Counted from the stretch's first letter, positions 42,177 to 51,900 are shown. The stretch is 64,000 nt of DNA from an uncultured Elusimicrobia bacterium (GCA_903917735.1 CAIXBR010000025.1:9761-73760); one strand, 5' to 3'. Numbers and translations: made by a program. The notes: generated from the sequence alone by a model not told the origin.

Positions 42177-42717
42177 AGTGAAGCTTCAGGTAAAGGATAA
42201 TAAGTATGGCGGCCAGCCCGGAAAGGCCGCGCCATTCCTTGTTCTTAATGAAAACCGCCCGCGAGTAGGCGCCGCTCTCGAAGAAGGAGCTGAACGTGCA
42301 GGGGCAGGCGAGTATGGCCGGAACGGCCTTGCAATAGTCTTCGAAGGCCTGGCCGTAAGTGGAGCGCAGGAATTCCTCCTCGGCTTTTATGGTAACCCAA
42401 TAGATCCAGGCGAAGGCGGCGCCCACGCCGGCCCACAGAACCGCGGTCAGGAGGGGTTTCGCTGTGGAAGTCATGGCTATCAGCATGCCGGAGGTCATGA
42501 CGAGCGTGCCCAGATAGAGAGGGTTGCGCACTACGGCGTAGGGGCCATGGGTAGTGAGCGTTCTGGATTTCACTATGGAGGCGCTGGCAGCCAGGCGGAT
42601 AAACTGGCCCAGCAGCATCACAGCCGCGCCGGCCAGGAAAAAAGTCCTGCTGTCCGGGCGCGACGCGCCGAGGGCGATAATAGTGAGCACCATAGAGATG
42701 AATACACGTTTTTTCAT
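42166..42717 (-). CDS. ICMT/PEMT-family membrane methyltransferase-like protein
   Basis: 183 aa, 4-5 TM, with the C-terminal motif region HGPYAVVRNPLYLGTLVMTSG...EEEFLRSTYGQAFEDY characteristic of isoprenylcysteine/phospholipid methyltransferase-family proteins. Confidence 0.6.
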   Translation of the reverse strand: MKKRVFISMVLTIIALGASRPDSRTFFLAGAAVMLLGQFIRLAASASIVKSRTLTTHGPYAVVRNPLYLGTLVMTSGMLIAMTSTAKPLLTAVLWAGVGAAFAWIYWVTIKAEEEFLRSTYGQAFEDYCKAVPAILACPCTFSSFFESGAYSRAVFIKNKEWRGLSGLAAILIILYLKLHYGY

Positions 42718-43295
42718 ATTTTTTCCTTTGACAGGTCCGGTAACGCCCGGGCCAGCGCCGGCAGGTCCCTGTACCTTTCCGCGCCGGGGGAGGGCACTAC
42801 TGCCCTGCCTTCGCCCGTCAGCACCAGCCTGCCTTTTATGCCGGCCGTGCGGGCCAGCTCCAGGTCGCTTTTTTTGTCCCCGGCTACAAAGGAGCGGCGG
42901 AGGTCTATGGACAGTTCTCTGGCCGCCTCCTTTATCAGGCCGGCCCGCGGCTTGCGGCAGGCGCAGCCTTCGTCCGGACCGTGCGGGCAGAAATATACGG
43001 CGTCCAGTTCTACGCCCGCCTTTTTCAGTTCCCTGACCAGCTTCAGATTAATCTCCCTGGAGCGGGCCAGAGTCATGTAGCCCCGGGCCACGGCGGACTG
43101 GTTGGTAAGGACCACAAGTCTGTACCCTTTGGCCGCGATAAGACGCAGGGCCTTAGCAGCTCCGGTGTAAAGTTTGAGCTGGGCGGGCCGGGTAATATAA
43201 GTGCCGGGGCGGTTAAGATTGATAGTGCCGTCCCTGTCGAGGAAAGCGGCCGGGGCCCTGGGGCCGCACCGGGGGCTGGAAGGCCAGGCGCGCAT
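42714..43295 (-). CDS. gmhB: D,D-heptose 1,7-bisphosphate phosphatase (HAD-IIIA)
   Basis: Start placed at ATG 43295, sharing one base with the lpxK stop. FLDRDGTIN (HAD motif I), VVLTNQSAVARG, Zn-loop FCPHGPDEGCACRKP, and FVAGDKKSDLE. Confidence 0.8.
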   Translation of the reverse strand: MRAWPSSPRCGPRAPAAFLDRDGTINLNRPGTYITRPAQLKLYTGAAKALRLIAAKGYRLVVLTNQSAVARGYMTLARSREINLKLVRELKKAGVELDAVYFCPHGPDEGCACRKPRAGLIKEAARELSIDLRRSFVAGDKKSDLELARTAGIKGRLVLTGEGRAVVPSPGAERYRDLPALARALPDLSKEKI

Positions 43296-44404
43296 CAGTT
43301 TTCTGCTCCAGCGGATCTCTCCACCAGCCGCATGAGCTCCTTCCACCCGTCGCAGAGGAAGACTATCTTAACTGAAAATATCAGCACGCCGCTCTTAAGT
43401 ATTTCCTGCCACCCGGCTGGGAAGCGTGCGAAATCCTTGTACGTGGTTATAAGCGGCAGCCCATCGCGCGCCGCCTGCGCGGCGGCAAGCTCCGCCGGGG
43501 TAAAAGCGTGGTGGTCGGGGTAGCGCCAGATCTGTTTCAGGTCTATCTTCATTTTCAGGAGGGCCGCCTCGAATGAGGCAGGGTCCCCTATGCCTGAAAG
43601 GGCCGCGGCCGGCCGGCCCCTGATGGCATCCAGGTCCACCGGACGCGCGGTGGCGGGGTTGAGGAATTTTTCAGGCGCATGCATGCTCTCTATTATTTTA
43701 GCGTCCGGGCTGACAGCGCGGATATCAGCGCGCAGTGAATCTATGGCGGCCTGCGGGACACGCTCGCAATGCGTGATTATCACGGCCGAAGCCCGGTCCA
43801 GACCGTCGGCGCTTTCCCGCAGGTTGCCATAGGGAAGCATCTGGTCCGACGAGAAGGGGGCGGTAGCGTTCACCAGCACTATGTCTGCGTCGCGCTCCAG
43901 CGCGAAATGCTGAAAGCCGTCGTCCATCAGCAGCAGGTCCGCGCCGAGTTCCTGCACGGCCTTGAGGCCCGCGGCGTAGCGGTCAGCTGAGACCAGCACC
44001 GGCACGCCCGCGTCCTCCAGCATGCGGTACAGCATCAGCGCTTCATCCCCTGTCTGGTCCAGGGCGAAATCCCGCCCCCTGGCCAGCACGGTGACAGAGG
44101 AGGAGCGGGCCGCGCGTCCGTAGCCCCGTATAAGGATGGCCGGCTTGCGGCCTGTGGCCGCCAGCTCCCTGGCTACCGCTACCACAGTGGAGGTCTTGCC
44201 TGTGCCGCCCGCCGAGATATTACCGAAGCAGATCACCGGAACCGGCAGGCGCCGCCGGCGCAGAACGCCGGAGTCGTAAAGACTTTTTCGGGCGCGTATT
44301 ATGGCCGAATAAGCCAGGGAGAGGGACCTGAGCAGCAACCGCCCGGCCGCGGCCCGCTTCAGCGCGTAGCGCGCCCGCTCAGGAGTAAGAGGCGAGTCGG
44401 TCAT
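43295..44404 (-). CDS. lpxK: Tetraacyldisaccharide 4'-kinase
   Basis: Start at ATG 44404 (ATGA overlap with the upstream GT9 stop). P-loop VICFGNISAGGTGKTSTVVAVAREL, RGYGR, DDGFQH. Confidence 0.88.
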   Translation of the reverse strand: MTDSPLTPERARYALKRAAAGRLLLRSLSLAYSAIIRARKSLYDSGVLRRRRLPVPVICFGNISAGGTGKTSTVVAVARELAATGRKPAILIRGYGRAARSSSVTVLARGRDFALDQTGDEALMLYRMLEDAGVPVLVSADRYAAGLKAVQELGADLLLMDDGFQHFALERDADIVLVNATAPFSSDQMLPYGNLRESADGLDRASAVIITHCERVPQAAIDSLRADIRAVSPDAKIIESMHAPEKFLNPATARPVDLDAIRGRPAAALSGIGDPASFEAALLKMKIDLKQIWRYPDHHAFTPAELAAAQAARDGLPLITTYKDFARFPAGWQEILKSGVLIFSVKIVFLCDGWKELMRLVERSAGAEN

Positions 44405-45339
44405 TTTACCGCCCCCAGTGAGAGCAGGTGCGCCCTGAGGAGCTCCCATACAGTTTCGAACGGCAGGACGGAAAGCTCTCCCTGCGCCCAGGAATGCAGC
44501 GGGCCCGGGGGAGTCCAGTTAGCGGGGGAATTCTCGGGCGCGTAGATGGTGAAAGTAGGAGTGCTTTGGCTTACTGCTACATGCATGGGCCCGGAACTTG
44601 TACCGACGTGCAGGTTCGTCCGTTTTAAGAGAGCGGCCAGGTCCAGCAGGTCGAAATCCGGGCACAGAGGATGCTTTTCCGACGCGGAGGCCAGAGCGGC
44701 TTTCACATATTCCCGTTCGCCCGGCCCCCAAAGGAAGATAACTCTGGCCCCGTACGCGGTCTTAAGATTGTCCGCCAGGCGGACGAAGTGTTCCGCGGGC
44801 CAGCGGCGGTGGTCGCGCGGACTTGTTATATCGAAGGTTACTGTAAGCGGGGCAGGGGGAAGACTGTCCAGAAAAGCCCCGGCCCTAGCGGCGTTGGCGG
44901 GTGCGAAGGAGAGTTCCGGCTGGGGTCCGTCCGCCGGTATACCAAGCGGCTCCAGCAGTTGCAGCCGGTCGAACACCGTATAGCCGTTATCCTCCCGCTT
45001 AACCGGCATCAGGTTGTAAAAGATATGGCCGGCGGAATAATGGAAAGCGAGGCGTTTTTTCGCCCCGGAAAAAAGGGAATAGAAGCCCGACGAAGTGGAG
45101 CGCATGAAGTCGAACGAGATATCTATACCGGCCCGGCGTATGGCGGAGAGCGGCTTATCCTCGCGGCAGAAGACACCTGAAAGGCGGGGGTTGTTCTCCA
45201 GTATCTTCCTCGAAGGACGGCGGGTAAGAAAATAAAGCCGGGAGTCCGGGATCCCTTTTTTCAACGCGCGCAACAGCGGCGTGGTCAGGATCACGTCGCC
45301 TATTCCCTTGAAGACTATTATTAGTATGCCTGGACCCAT
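44401..45339 (-). CDS. Glycosyltransferase family 9 (heptosyltransferase)
   Basis: Start at ATG 45339 (MGPGILIIVFKGIGDVILTTPLLRALKK). C-terminal VGTSSGPMHVAV (DSGxxH-type) motif. Confidence 0.8.
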   Translation of the reverse strand: MGPGILIIVFKGIGDVILTTPLLRALKKGIPDSRLYFLTRRPSRKILENNPRLSGVFCREDKPLSAIRRAGIDISFDFMRSTSSGFYSLFSGAKKRLAFHYSAGHIFYNLMPVKREDNGYTVFDRLQLLEPLGIPADGPQPELSFAPANAARAGAFLDSLPPAPLTVTFDITSPRDHRRWPAEHFVRLADNLKTAYGARVIFLWGPGEREYVKAALASASEKHPLCPDFDLLDLAALLKRTNLHVGTSSGPMHVAVSQSTPTFTIYAPENSPANWTPPGPLHSWAQGELSVLPFETVWELLRAHLLSLGAVK

Positions 45340-45378
45340 ATAATTGCGGCTAGCAACGGAAGGCAAAAGCGGTTAATG

Positions 45379-45645
45379 TCATTTGCCCCTGTATTTAGGG
45401 TCGTTATACATTTTAAACTGGCGGTAGATCTTGAGCTTGACCTTGCCGGACGCTACTTCGGAGACCAGTTGCGTCAACTCGTCCTCCAGGTCTTTTTTCT
45501 GCGCCGCCATCACTTCGAGCCTGGAAGCGCAGGCAGCCTTGTGCTCAACGGAGGCGTCCGCTCGGGAGACCTGCTCTTTCATGTGATATATCTTCAGCTG
45601 GATGATGCTGAGCTTATCGGCCAGGCTGCCTATCGTTTCAGCCAT
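45379..45645 (-). CDS. Small coiled-coil protein, DUF4254-related (88 aa)
   Basis: GGAGG lies 6 nt upstream of ATG 45645. [23 protein letters not shown] resembles the (D/E)xLSIxxLKxWH helix of DUF4254-type proteins. It overlaps the upstream small ORF by 8 nt. Confidence 0.5.
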   Translation of the reverse strand: MAETIGSLADKLSIIQLKIYHMKEQVSRADASVEHKAACASRLEVMAAQKKDLEDELTQLVSEVASGKVKLKIYRQFKMYNDPKYRGK

Positions 45646-45835
45646 TTATAGCCTCCAGCACTTTTTCGTCAATGCGCTCTATCAGGTCGTTGCGCTTTTG
45701 ATTAAGTTTGTCGATATTTTTTTTAGCGGCGGCTATGGCGGGAACGTCGCCTACCCTGGCCTTATCCTCTTCATGCCAGAGTTCCGTGTTGGTCAGAGCA
45801 AGTTCGCTTACAAGTTTGCCTATTCCGTCGTTCAT
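45638..45835 (-). CDS. Small DUF4254-like protein (65 aa)
   Basis: GAGG lies 7 nt upstream of the [17 protein letters not shown]...[16 protein letters not shown] matches the LWxxED...R / DxxNxxRxxxIxxID pattern I associate with DUF4254, which is often found next to heptosyltransferases. Confidence 0.55.
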   Translation of the reverse strand: MNDGIGKLVSELALTNTELWHEEDKARVGDVPAIAAAKKNIDKLNQKRNDLIERIDEKVLEAING

Positions 45836-45855
45836 GTTTTTACCTCGCGAAAGAT

Positions 45856-45885
45856 ATTATAGCAATAGCGGCAAGGCGGTTGTAA
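45856..45885 (-). promoter_or_regulatory. Sigma-70-like internal promoter upstream of the DUF4254-like pair
   Basis: On the minus strand: -35 TTACAA (45885..45880), an 18-nt spacer, and -10 TATAAT (45861..45856). The predicted TSS is ~14 nt upstream of ATG 45835. Confidence 0.35.
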
Positions 45886-45904
45886 CCTGCCACCCGCCTC
45901 CGGT

Positions 45905-46714
45905 TTAAAGCCTTGAGGCGCCGCGCTCCAGCTGCAGGACCAGGTCCCAGATATTGTCGCCGCCGCGTATGAATAGGCGGTCGAGAGTAGTGGCTTTGCG
46001 GTCCCAGGGCCAGGGGGTCTTTCCCTGTCTGAAACTGAAGTCGAAGACGTAGCCTGTCTCCAGGGCCGTCTCCCTTAGGGCGGGGATATAAGCGCCGTCG
46101 CCGTATGGATAGGCGAAGGCGAACATCTCGCGGCCGAAGGCGGCCTCCAGCTGACGCTTGGATTCGGCCATTTCCCAGGCCGCGTCTCCCGGCTTAAGGG
46201 CCGAGAGGTGGGGATGGTTCATGGTGTGCGAGCCGTATTCTATCACGCCGCTGTCCTGCATTTCCTTCAGCTGCGCGAGCGTGGCCATGTTCACCCAACC
46301 CTCCGAGGCCGGGTTATGCCAGGAGTTAACTTTGCCGATAGTGTTGTAAACCACGAAGATATTGCCCTTGGCGCCCAGCTCCTTCAGTATCGGCCAGGCG
46401 TGCAGGTAGTTGTTCTCGTAGCCGTCGTCGAATGTTATCACAACGGCTTTTTCCGGCAGAACCGCCTCTCCCCGCCAGGCTTTAAGCAGGTCCGAAAAAA
46501 GCAGGGTGGCGTAGCCGTGATCCAGCAGGTATTTTACCTGTGCGCGGAACTTCTCCGGGCTTATCCAGAGCTCTTTCAGCTTCGAACCGGCCGGCGCAAC
46601 GCCTATCTTGTGGTAACAAAGCACCCGCAATCCCGGAGTTTTTTCGCGCCACCAGGTCCATCGCGCGCTTGCCGCTAGCGCGGCCAGAATGATGATCGAG
46701 ACAAGTATAGACAT
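45905..46714 (-). CDS. Polysaccharide deacetylase (NodB/CE4) with N-terminal TM anchor
   Basis: TM MSILVSIIILAALAASA. CE4 motifs VVITFDDGYENNY and GSHTMNHPHL, plus FAYPYG. Confidence 0.85.
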   Translation of the reverse strand: MSILVSIIILAALAASARWTWWREKTPGLRVLCYHKIGVAPAGSKLKELWISPEKFRAQVKYLLDHGYATLLFSDLLKAWRGEAVLPEKAVVITFDDGYENNYLHAWPILKELGAKGNIFVVYNTIGKVNSWHNPASEGWVNMATLAQLKEMQDSGVIEYGSHTMNHPHLSALKPGDAAWEMAESKRQLEAAFGREMFAFAYPYGDGAYIPALRETALETGYVFDFSFRQGKTPWPWDRKATTLDRLFIRGGDNIWDLVLQLERGASRL

Positions 46715-46726
46715 ATCAGCTCCGGT

Positions 46727-48232
46727 TTATCGTTTTGCCGCCAGGCTGGCCGCGTTAAAGACCTCTTCCACGGTAAGCAGCCGCATACAAAGGAAATGGC
46801 CGCGAGGGCATTTTTTTGAACCATGCAGGGCGCAGGGGCGGCACGCCAGCGGGGTTTCCACTACGCGGTTCCCGGGGCCGTAGGGGAAGAAACCCAGCTC
46901 CCGTGTGGTAGGGCCGAATATCCCGACGGCTGGCACACCCATGGCCGCGGCTATATGCATCGGGCCCGAATCGTTAGAGACAAAAACCTTAAGGGGGCGT
47001 ATCGCCTCCATCAGCCCCGGCATGCTGGTCTTCCCGGTAAGGTTAAGGCAGTGCTCCGGGCCGGCCCTGCGCTCTATCCCGGCGTTCCAGTCCTTTTCGC
47101 CCGGACCACCCACCATAAGCACCTTGCCGCCGTAATGCGCGGAGAGCCGCCTGATAAGGCGGGCCCATTTCTCGGCCGGCCAGCGCTTCGTAGGCCAGGC
47201 CGAGCCCGTGTTCACGCCGGCGCACAGGCTTCCGGGAGGGGGGAGGCCGGCCGCGGCTCCGGCGGCGGCCCGCAGGCCGGGGAAGGCCGTCTTGAGGTTC
47301 TCGGCCAGCGGGGAAAGCAGGGACAGGTTGCGCTCCACGTCATGCAGGAGCCAAGAGAAAGGGACCTTGTGCGTAAGGAAGAAACTTCCGGCGCTTGAGG
47401 AAAAACCCACCCGCGCCGGAATGCCGGCCCGCCAGGCCAGCAGCGCACTCCTGAGCGAACGGTGCGGAATAATGGCGGCGTCGAACCCGCGCGCGCGCAG
47501 TTGGGCGGCAAGCCGCCTGAATTCAGCCAGGCCCGAAGCGGCGGTCTTTTTCCTGTCTTCGATTATTTCGGCCGCCAGGCCCGAAGCCGCGAAAATCCCC
47601 GCAGTCTCCGGGCGTGTGACCACCGTAACGGCGGCCCGCGGAAAAACCTCACGCAGCTTTTTAAGCAGCGGCAGCGTCAGCACGCAGTCGCCGAGGAAAG
47701 CGGTCTGCACAAGGCAGATCTTGAGCGGCCCCGGTCCCAGGGCGGGTTTCCCGCCGCCGGGAGTCCAGTCGCCCAGCTCAGGGCCGCGATGCACGGCCGG
47801 CACGTCCAGCGGAGCCAGCACCTCAAGATAGCGGTCAAGCGTGTGCTTCTCAAGCGAGGGACTGGGGATGCGGAAGTCCACGAACAGCCTGCGGGAAAGC
47901 GCCGCCTTGCGGTAGCGCAGTTTTAGCGGCGCGCGGGCCGCCAGGCAGAGCAGGCGGCTGCGCAGCGTGGCGTGCAGGTCTATAATAACATCGTAACCGC
48001 CGGCGTTCACGTCGCGCACAGCCCGCGCTAAGCCGGTGAAAGGGATAACCCGGTCTATAAATGCGCTCTTGGAAACGGCGCCCTGGAACTGGGGCTTGAC
48101 GATTATATCCAACCGCGCCCCGGGCCATTTAGCGCGCAGGTTGCGGAAGACCGGGGCCGTCAGGATGATGTCGCCGAGCGAGGACATCCTGATGACCAGT
48201 ATCTTCGGGTTGTTATTTAGTATGTCAACCAT
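46727..48232 (-). CDS. Glycosyltransferase family 9 with a duplicated N-terminal half (501 aa)
   Basis: Two successive GT9 N-domain starts are seen (KILVIRMSSLGDIILTAPVFRNLRAKWP and KICLVQTAFLGDCVLTLPLLKKLREVFP). One C-domain follows (VFVSNDSGPMHIAAAMG). Confidence 0.8.
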   Translation of the reverse strand: MVDILNNNPKILVIRMSSLGDIILTAPVFRNLRAKWPGARLDIIVKPQFQGAVSKSAFIDRVIPFTGLARAVRDVNAGGYDVIIDLHATLRSRLLCLAARAPLKLRYRKAALSRRLFVDFRIPSPSLEKHTLDRYLEVLAPLDVPAVHRGPELGDWTPGGGKPALGPGPLKICLVQTAFLGDCVLTLPLLKKLREVFPRAAVTVVTRPETAGIFAASGLAAEIIEDRKKTAASGLAEFRRLAAQLRARGFDAAIIPHRSLRSALLAWRAGIPARVGFSSSAGSFFLTHKVPFSWLLHDVERNLSLLSPLAENLKTAFPGLRAAAGAAAGLPPPGSLCAGVNTGSAWPTKRWPAEKWARLIRRLSAHYGGKVLMVGGPGEKDWNAGIERRAGPEHCLNLTGKTSMPGLMEAIRPLKVFVSNDSGPMHIAAAMGVPAVGIFGPTTRELGFFPYGPGNRVVETPLACRPCALHGSKKCPRGHFLCMRLLTVEEVFNAASLAAKR

Positions 48233-48328
48233 ACTAAAAAATTATATCATTTATCAAAATGCGGCCCGTATGGACTTATCCGCGCAGGGTACCGCCGGCG
48301 TTGTAATGAAGATTTAATTTAAATACCA

Positions 48329-48363
48329 TTGACAGGAGACAGGTTTTAGTATATCTATATAAT
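48329..48363 (+). promoter_or_regulatory. AT-rich promoter-like region upstream of the fibre operon
   Basis: Consensus TTGACA at 48329..48334. TATATC (15-nt spacer), TATCTA (17-nt spacer) and a perfect TATAAT at 48358..48363 (23-nt spacer) abut ATG 48364. No Shine-Dalgarno is present, so the mRNA may be leaderless. The exact -10 is ambiguous. Confidence 0.3.
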
Positions 48364-48897
48364 ATGCGCGCAAAACTTGCCGGCACAGCCCTGTTCTTTT
48401 TACTGATAGCGGGATGGCTGTATAATTATTCCGCGGCCCTCATGAAGTCGGGCGTCTACCGCCTGTTCATAAGCGAACAGACCACCGTGGGCAATTCCAT
48501 GCCGAAAACCGGGGGAGCCTACTCCCTGCTGGGCAGCACCGGCCAGCTGGGCGGAGGGGCGCTGGCCGGAGGCAGATATACCGTTACCTGGGGCGTGGTC
48601 AACTCATGGCGCCCGCCGCAGACGGATGTCTCCGCCGCCCACGTCTATCCTAATCCCTGCTACTCCGCTAAAAACTGCAGGGAAATCACCTTCACACGGC
48701 TTACACTTTACGCGACCATAAATGTCTTTACAATTTCCGGGGAAAGGGTTGTTACTATAAAAAAGACCAGCGATATCGACAGCGAAGCGTGGAACCTCCG
48801 CAACGAGGCCGGCGCCAAAGTGGCGAGCGGCCTTTACCTGTACATAATTAATGGCGGCAATTCCACCAAGAAAGGGAAAATAGTGATCGTAAGGTAA
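48364..48897 (+). CDS. Small secreted/anchored protein with C-terminal FlgD-Ig / T9SS-type-A-CTD-like beta-sandwich
   Basis: Hydrophobic N-terminus MRAKLAGTALFFLLIAGWLY. Three xYxL/T motifs surround a Gly-rich stretch. The C-terminal VYPNPC...ITF...INVFTISGERVVTI...WNLRNEAGAKVASGLYLYII...KKGKIVIVR follows the T9SS CTD / FlgD_ig pattern. Confidence 0.65.
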   Translation: MRAKLAGTALFFLLIAGWLYNYSAALMKSGVYRLFISEQTTVGNSMPKTGGAYSLLGSTGQLGGGALAGGRYTVTWGVVNSWRPPQTDVSAAHVYPNPCYSAKNCREITFTRLTLYATINVFTISGERVVTIKKTSDIDSEAWNLRNEAGAKVASGLYLYIINGGNSTKKGKIVIVR

Positions 48898-48902
48898 AAA
48901 CT

Positions 48903-51900
48903 ATGAAAAAACTAATTTTAGCCGCCGCGGTCGCGCTCTGCCTGCCTTTGGGGGCTTTCCCGGGAGATATCAGCATCGGGGCCGTTCCAGGCTCGATAAA
49001 CTACCAGGGCCGCCTGGAGCGCGACAACGCGCCTATAACCGGCATTATTCATCTCCATTTCCGCATCTATAATTCCGCCACAGGCAGCGGCGCGGGGGCC
49101 TGCGGCGGGATAAACCAGCCCTGTCTGTGGATGAGTAATGAAATCCCCGTGGATGCCGCTCAGGGAGTTTTCAGCGCCACACTCACCCCGCCCATAACAG
49201 TATTCTCTTCCTCCCAGCAGCTTTACCTTGAGGTGCAGGTGGAAAGCGACGTGCTGGCCCCGCGCGAACCGCTCAACAGCGTGGCCTACGCGCTTGTGGC
49301 CAAAAGACTGGAGGACGGATCCAGCGTATCTCTTTCATCGCTGACCGCAGCATACCAAGTGTTCCTGGCCACCACCAGCGGCAACAACGTTGGGATAGGC
49401 ACGATCTCTCCGGCGTATAAACTGACAGTCAATGGCTCCATAAAGATGATGGGGGTTACCGATAAAATATATTTTCAGGACGGGACCAGCATGGGGACCG
49501 CCGGGGTCGGAGATGCCGTGGGCGGAGTTACCTCTCCTGGAGGCAGCACTATCGAATCCGGTACCGGCGGCAGCGGCATGATGAGTTTTAAAACCTCTCA
49601 AGTTGAGAGAATGCGAATAGCCGATTCCTCCATGGACGGCAGGGTCGGCATAGGTACTGCGGCTATAACCAGCCCCATGGGGACACTTGATGTGGACGGG
49701 GCATTGTATGTTGGCAACGAGGGGATCTACGACCGGGATGATTCCGAGCTTAATATTAAACAAGACCTGGTGGTCGAAGGCGGGAAGATCAGGGGGACCG
49801 GGAACAACTATCTTTCAATGGGCGAAACCGCCGATACCCTTGTAGCGGCTACCGGCAATACGCCGCGGCTATGGCTCGATTCTTCAGGAAACCTCGGCGT
49901 GGGCGCCGCGGCTGCCGCTGGAGAAAGGGTGCACTCCAACGGCAATCTCCGGGCGGACAAAGGCGTCCGCGGCGACGCGGTTTCCATAGGCAGCTATAGC
50001 GGCTGGGCCACGGCCCCCAACGAAGTACGCTCCCAGGATGGTTCCGACCTGCTGCTGCAGCAGAGCAACCAGTCCTTCAACGTAGGCATCGGCACCGCGG
50101 CGCCGCGCGAGAAGCTGCATGTACACGGCACCGTGCGCGCGGACTACGGCATAGCCGCCGCCACGGCCACCTTCTCCGGTGACGTAAGGATGACCGGAGA
50201 TTTAACCGTCAACGGGAACAATCATCAGGTCTACCTGACCAGCACTACCATCTACGGCAGCCTTCAGGTTAACGGGGAGATGAACTCGCCTATCTTTGGC
50301 AGCCCGGCGTATAAATCATCTACACAGACGTTTACAGGACTGAACACTTTCCTGCACCAGGTGGTGGTCTCAAGCGATATTCTGACGCTTAACCGTATAG
50401 GCGCGGGAGTTTCGGATTTCGATTTCCCCGACACTAAATATCTGCAGGTAGGCGACAGCAAGACTGAATTCGCCCACGATAACGCCATAGCCTACCTGGT
50501 AGGCGGGTCAGCAGCCAACGCCAAGCTTGACTTCTATCGTGGCGGCACCGAGGCCGCGCGCTTCGAAACTCAGAACGGCGCCAACCTGGCGCTGGTGGTG
50601 AATGGCCAGACCAAGACGCTTACCGACGCCACTTACCACCGCATACAGAACAGCGTGGTGTGGATCTCCACAGGCTACGCCTCCACGCCGTCCATCTTCG
50701 TCAGTTCCTGGATGGGCAACGTCGGAATGGGCACCTCGGTGATGGACCCCAACTGGCGCCTGACTGTCAACGGCAACATAAGGATCTCCGGAACCGGCAG
50801 CGGCCTTATCTTCCCGGATGGCACAAGCCTGCTGACCGGCAACCTGTCCGCCACTACGGTCGGCGGCGTGTCCAGCAACGGCAACGCGGTAGTCCAGTCG
50901 GACGCCGACCTGTCAGGCACTGGTAGTGTAGTTCTGCGCGCCGGTTCTGTGGACGGCCTTACGGTAAATTCCGGCGGGAATGTAGGCATAGGCACTTTGG
51001 ACCCTATTTCAAAGCTTAACATACGAGGAGGAGACCTGGTGCTGGGCACACCGGTTACTTACCCAGAGAACGGAATAGAAGACCTGATAGTGGCGGGTGA
51101 TATAGTTTTTGACGGGGCGCTGGTGCAACGCTCCGTTTCCATGGTGAACCTTTCCAACCTGTTAGTGGCCGGCAACGTGTACCTGTCCACGGCCCCGGGA
51201 GCGATGACCGGAATAGGCAACACCAGCCCTGGACATAGCCTGGACGTCACCGGGGATATCAATGCAAGCGGGTCCGTCTTCACCGGAGGAACCGCCCGCA
51301 TTTCCAACACCGGCATCATCGGCAGCGGCGGCACTAACACCACCTGGGACGGGGCAACAATAAACGTGAACCGCGGCGGCACCGGGTCCGCCACGCTGAC
51401 CGCCGGCGCAATACTTTACGGCAACGGGACCTCAGCGATAGGCATGCTGCCTGTGCTTCCGAGCGGGCAGCTGCTGATAGGCAACGGGGCCGGCGCCCCC
51501 ACGGAGGCCGGTCTTACCGGCACCCTTAAGCAGATCACGGTCACACCCGCGGCCGGAAGCATAACTCTTTCACTGCCGCAGAACATAGACGCCACCGCTA
51601 CGCCTGTCTTTGCCGGGATAACCGTAGGCTCTCTTACCGGAGTAATTAAAGGGGCGGCCGGGGTTTTTAGCACTATGAACGGCACTGCCAACTACAGTAC
51701 CTATTGGTCGGACGCCAATACGATAGCGGCTGAGCAATACACGGCTCTTTCCCGCGGTGGCTCCAACGCCGACCTTTCCTCCGTAGCGACCGGTAGTATT
51801 ATTTACAAGGCCGCTTCCGCGCTGGCCGCCACCGGGTCCCTGACCGGCATGCTTAGGGGCAACGGCACCGCAGCCCCCGATGCGATGACCGGGACAGCGA

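Noticed and set aside
48364-48897. Calling the small protein a genuine T9SS substrate and inferring a Bacteroidota-type T9SS
   Set aside because: The C-terminal pattern is equally compatible with a generic FlgD-Ig-like beta-sandwich. No T9SS component is visible in the window, so only the neutral description is retained.
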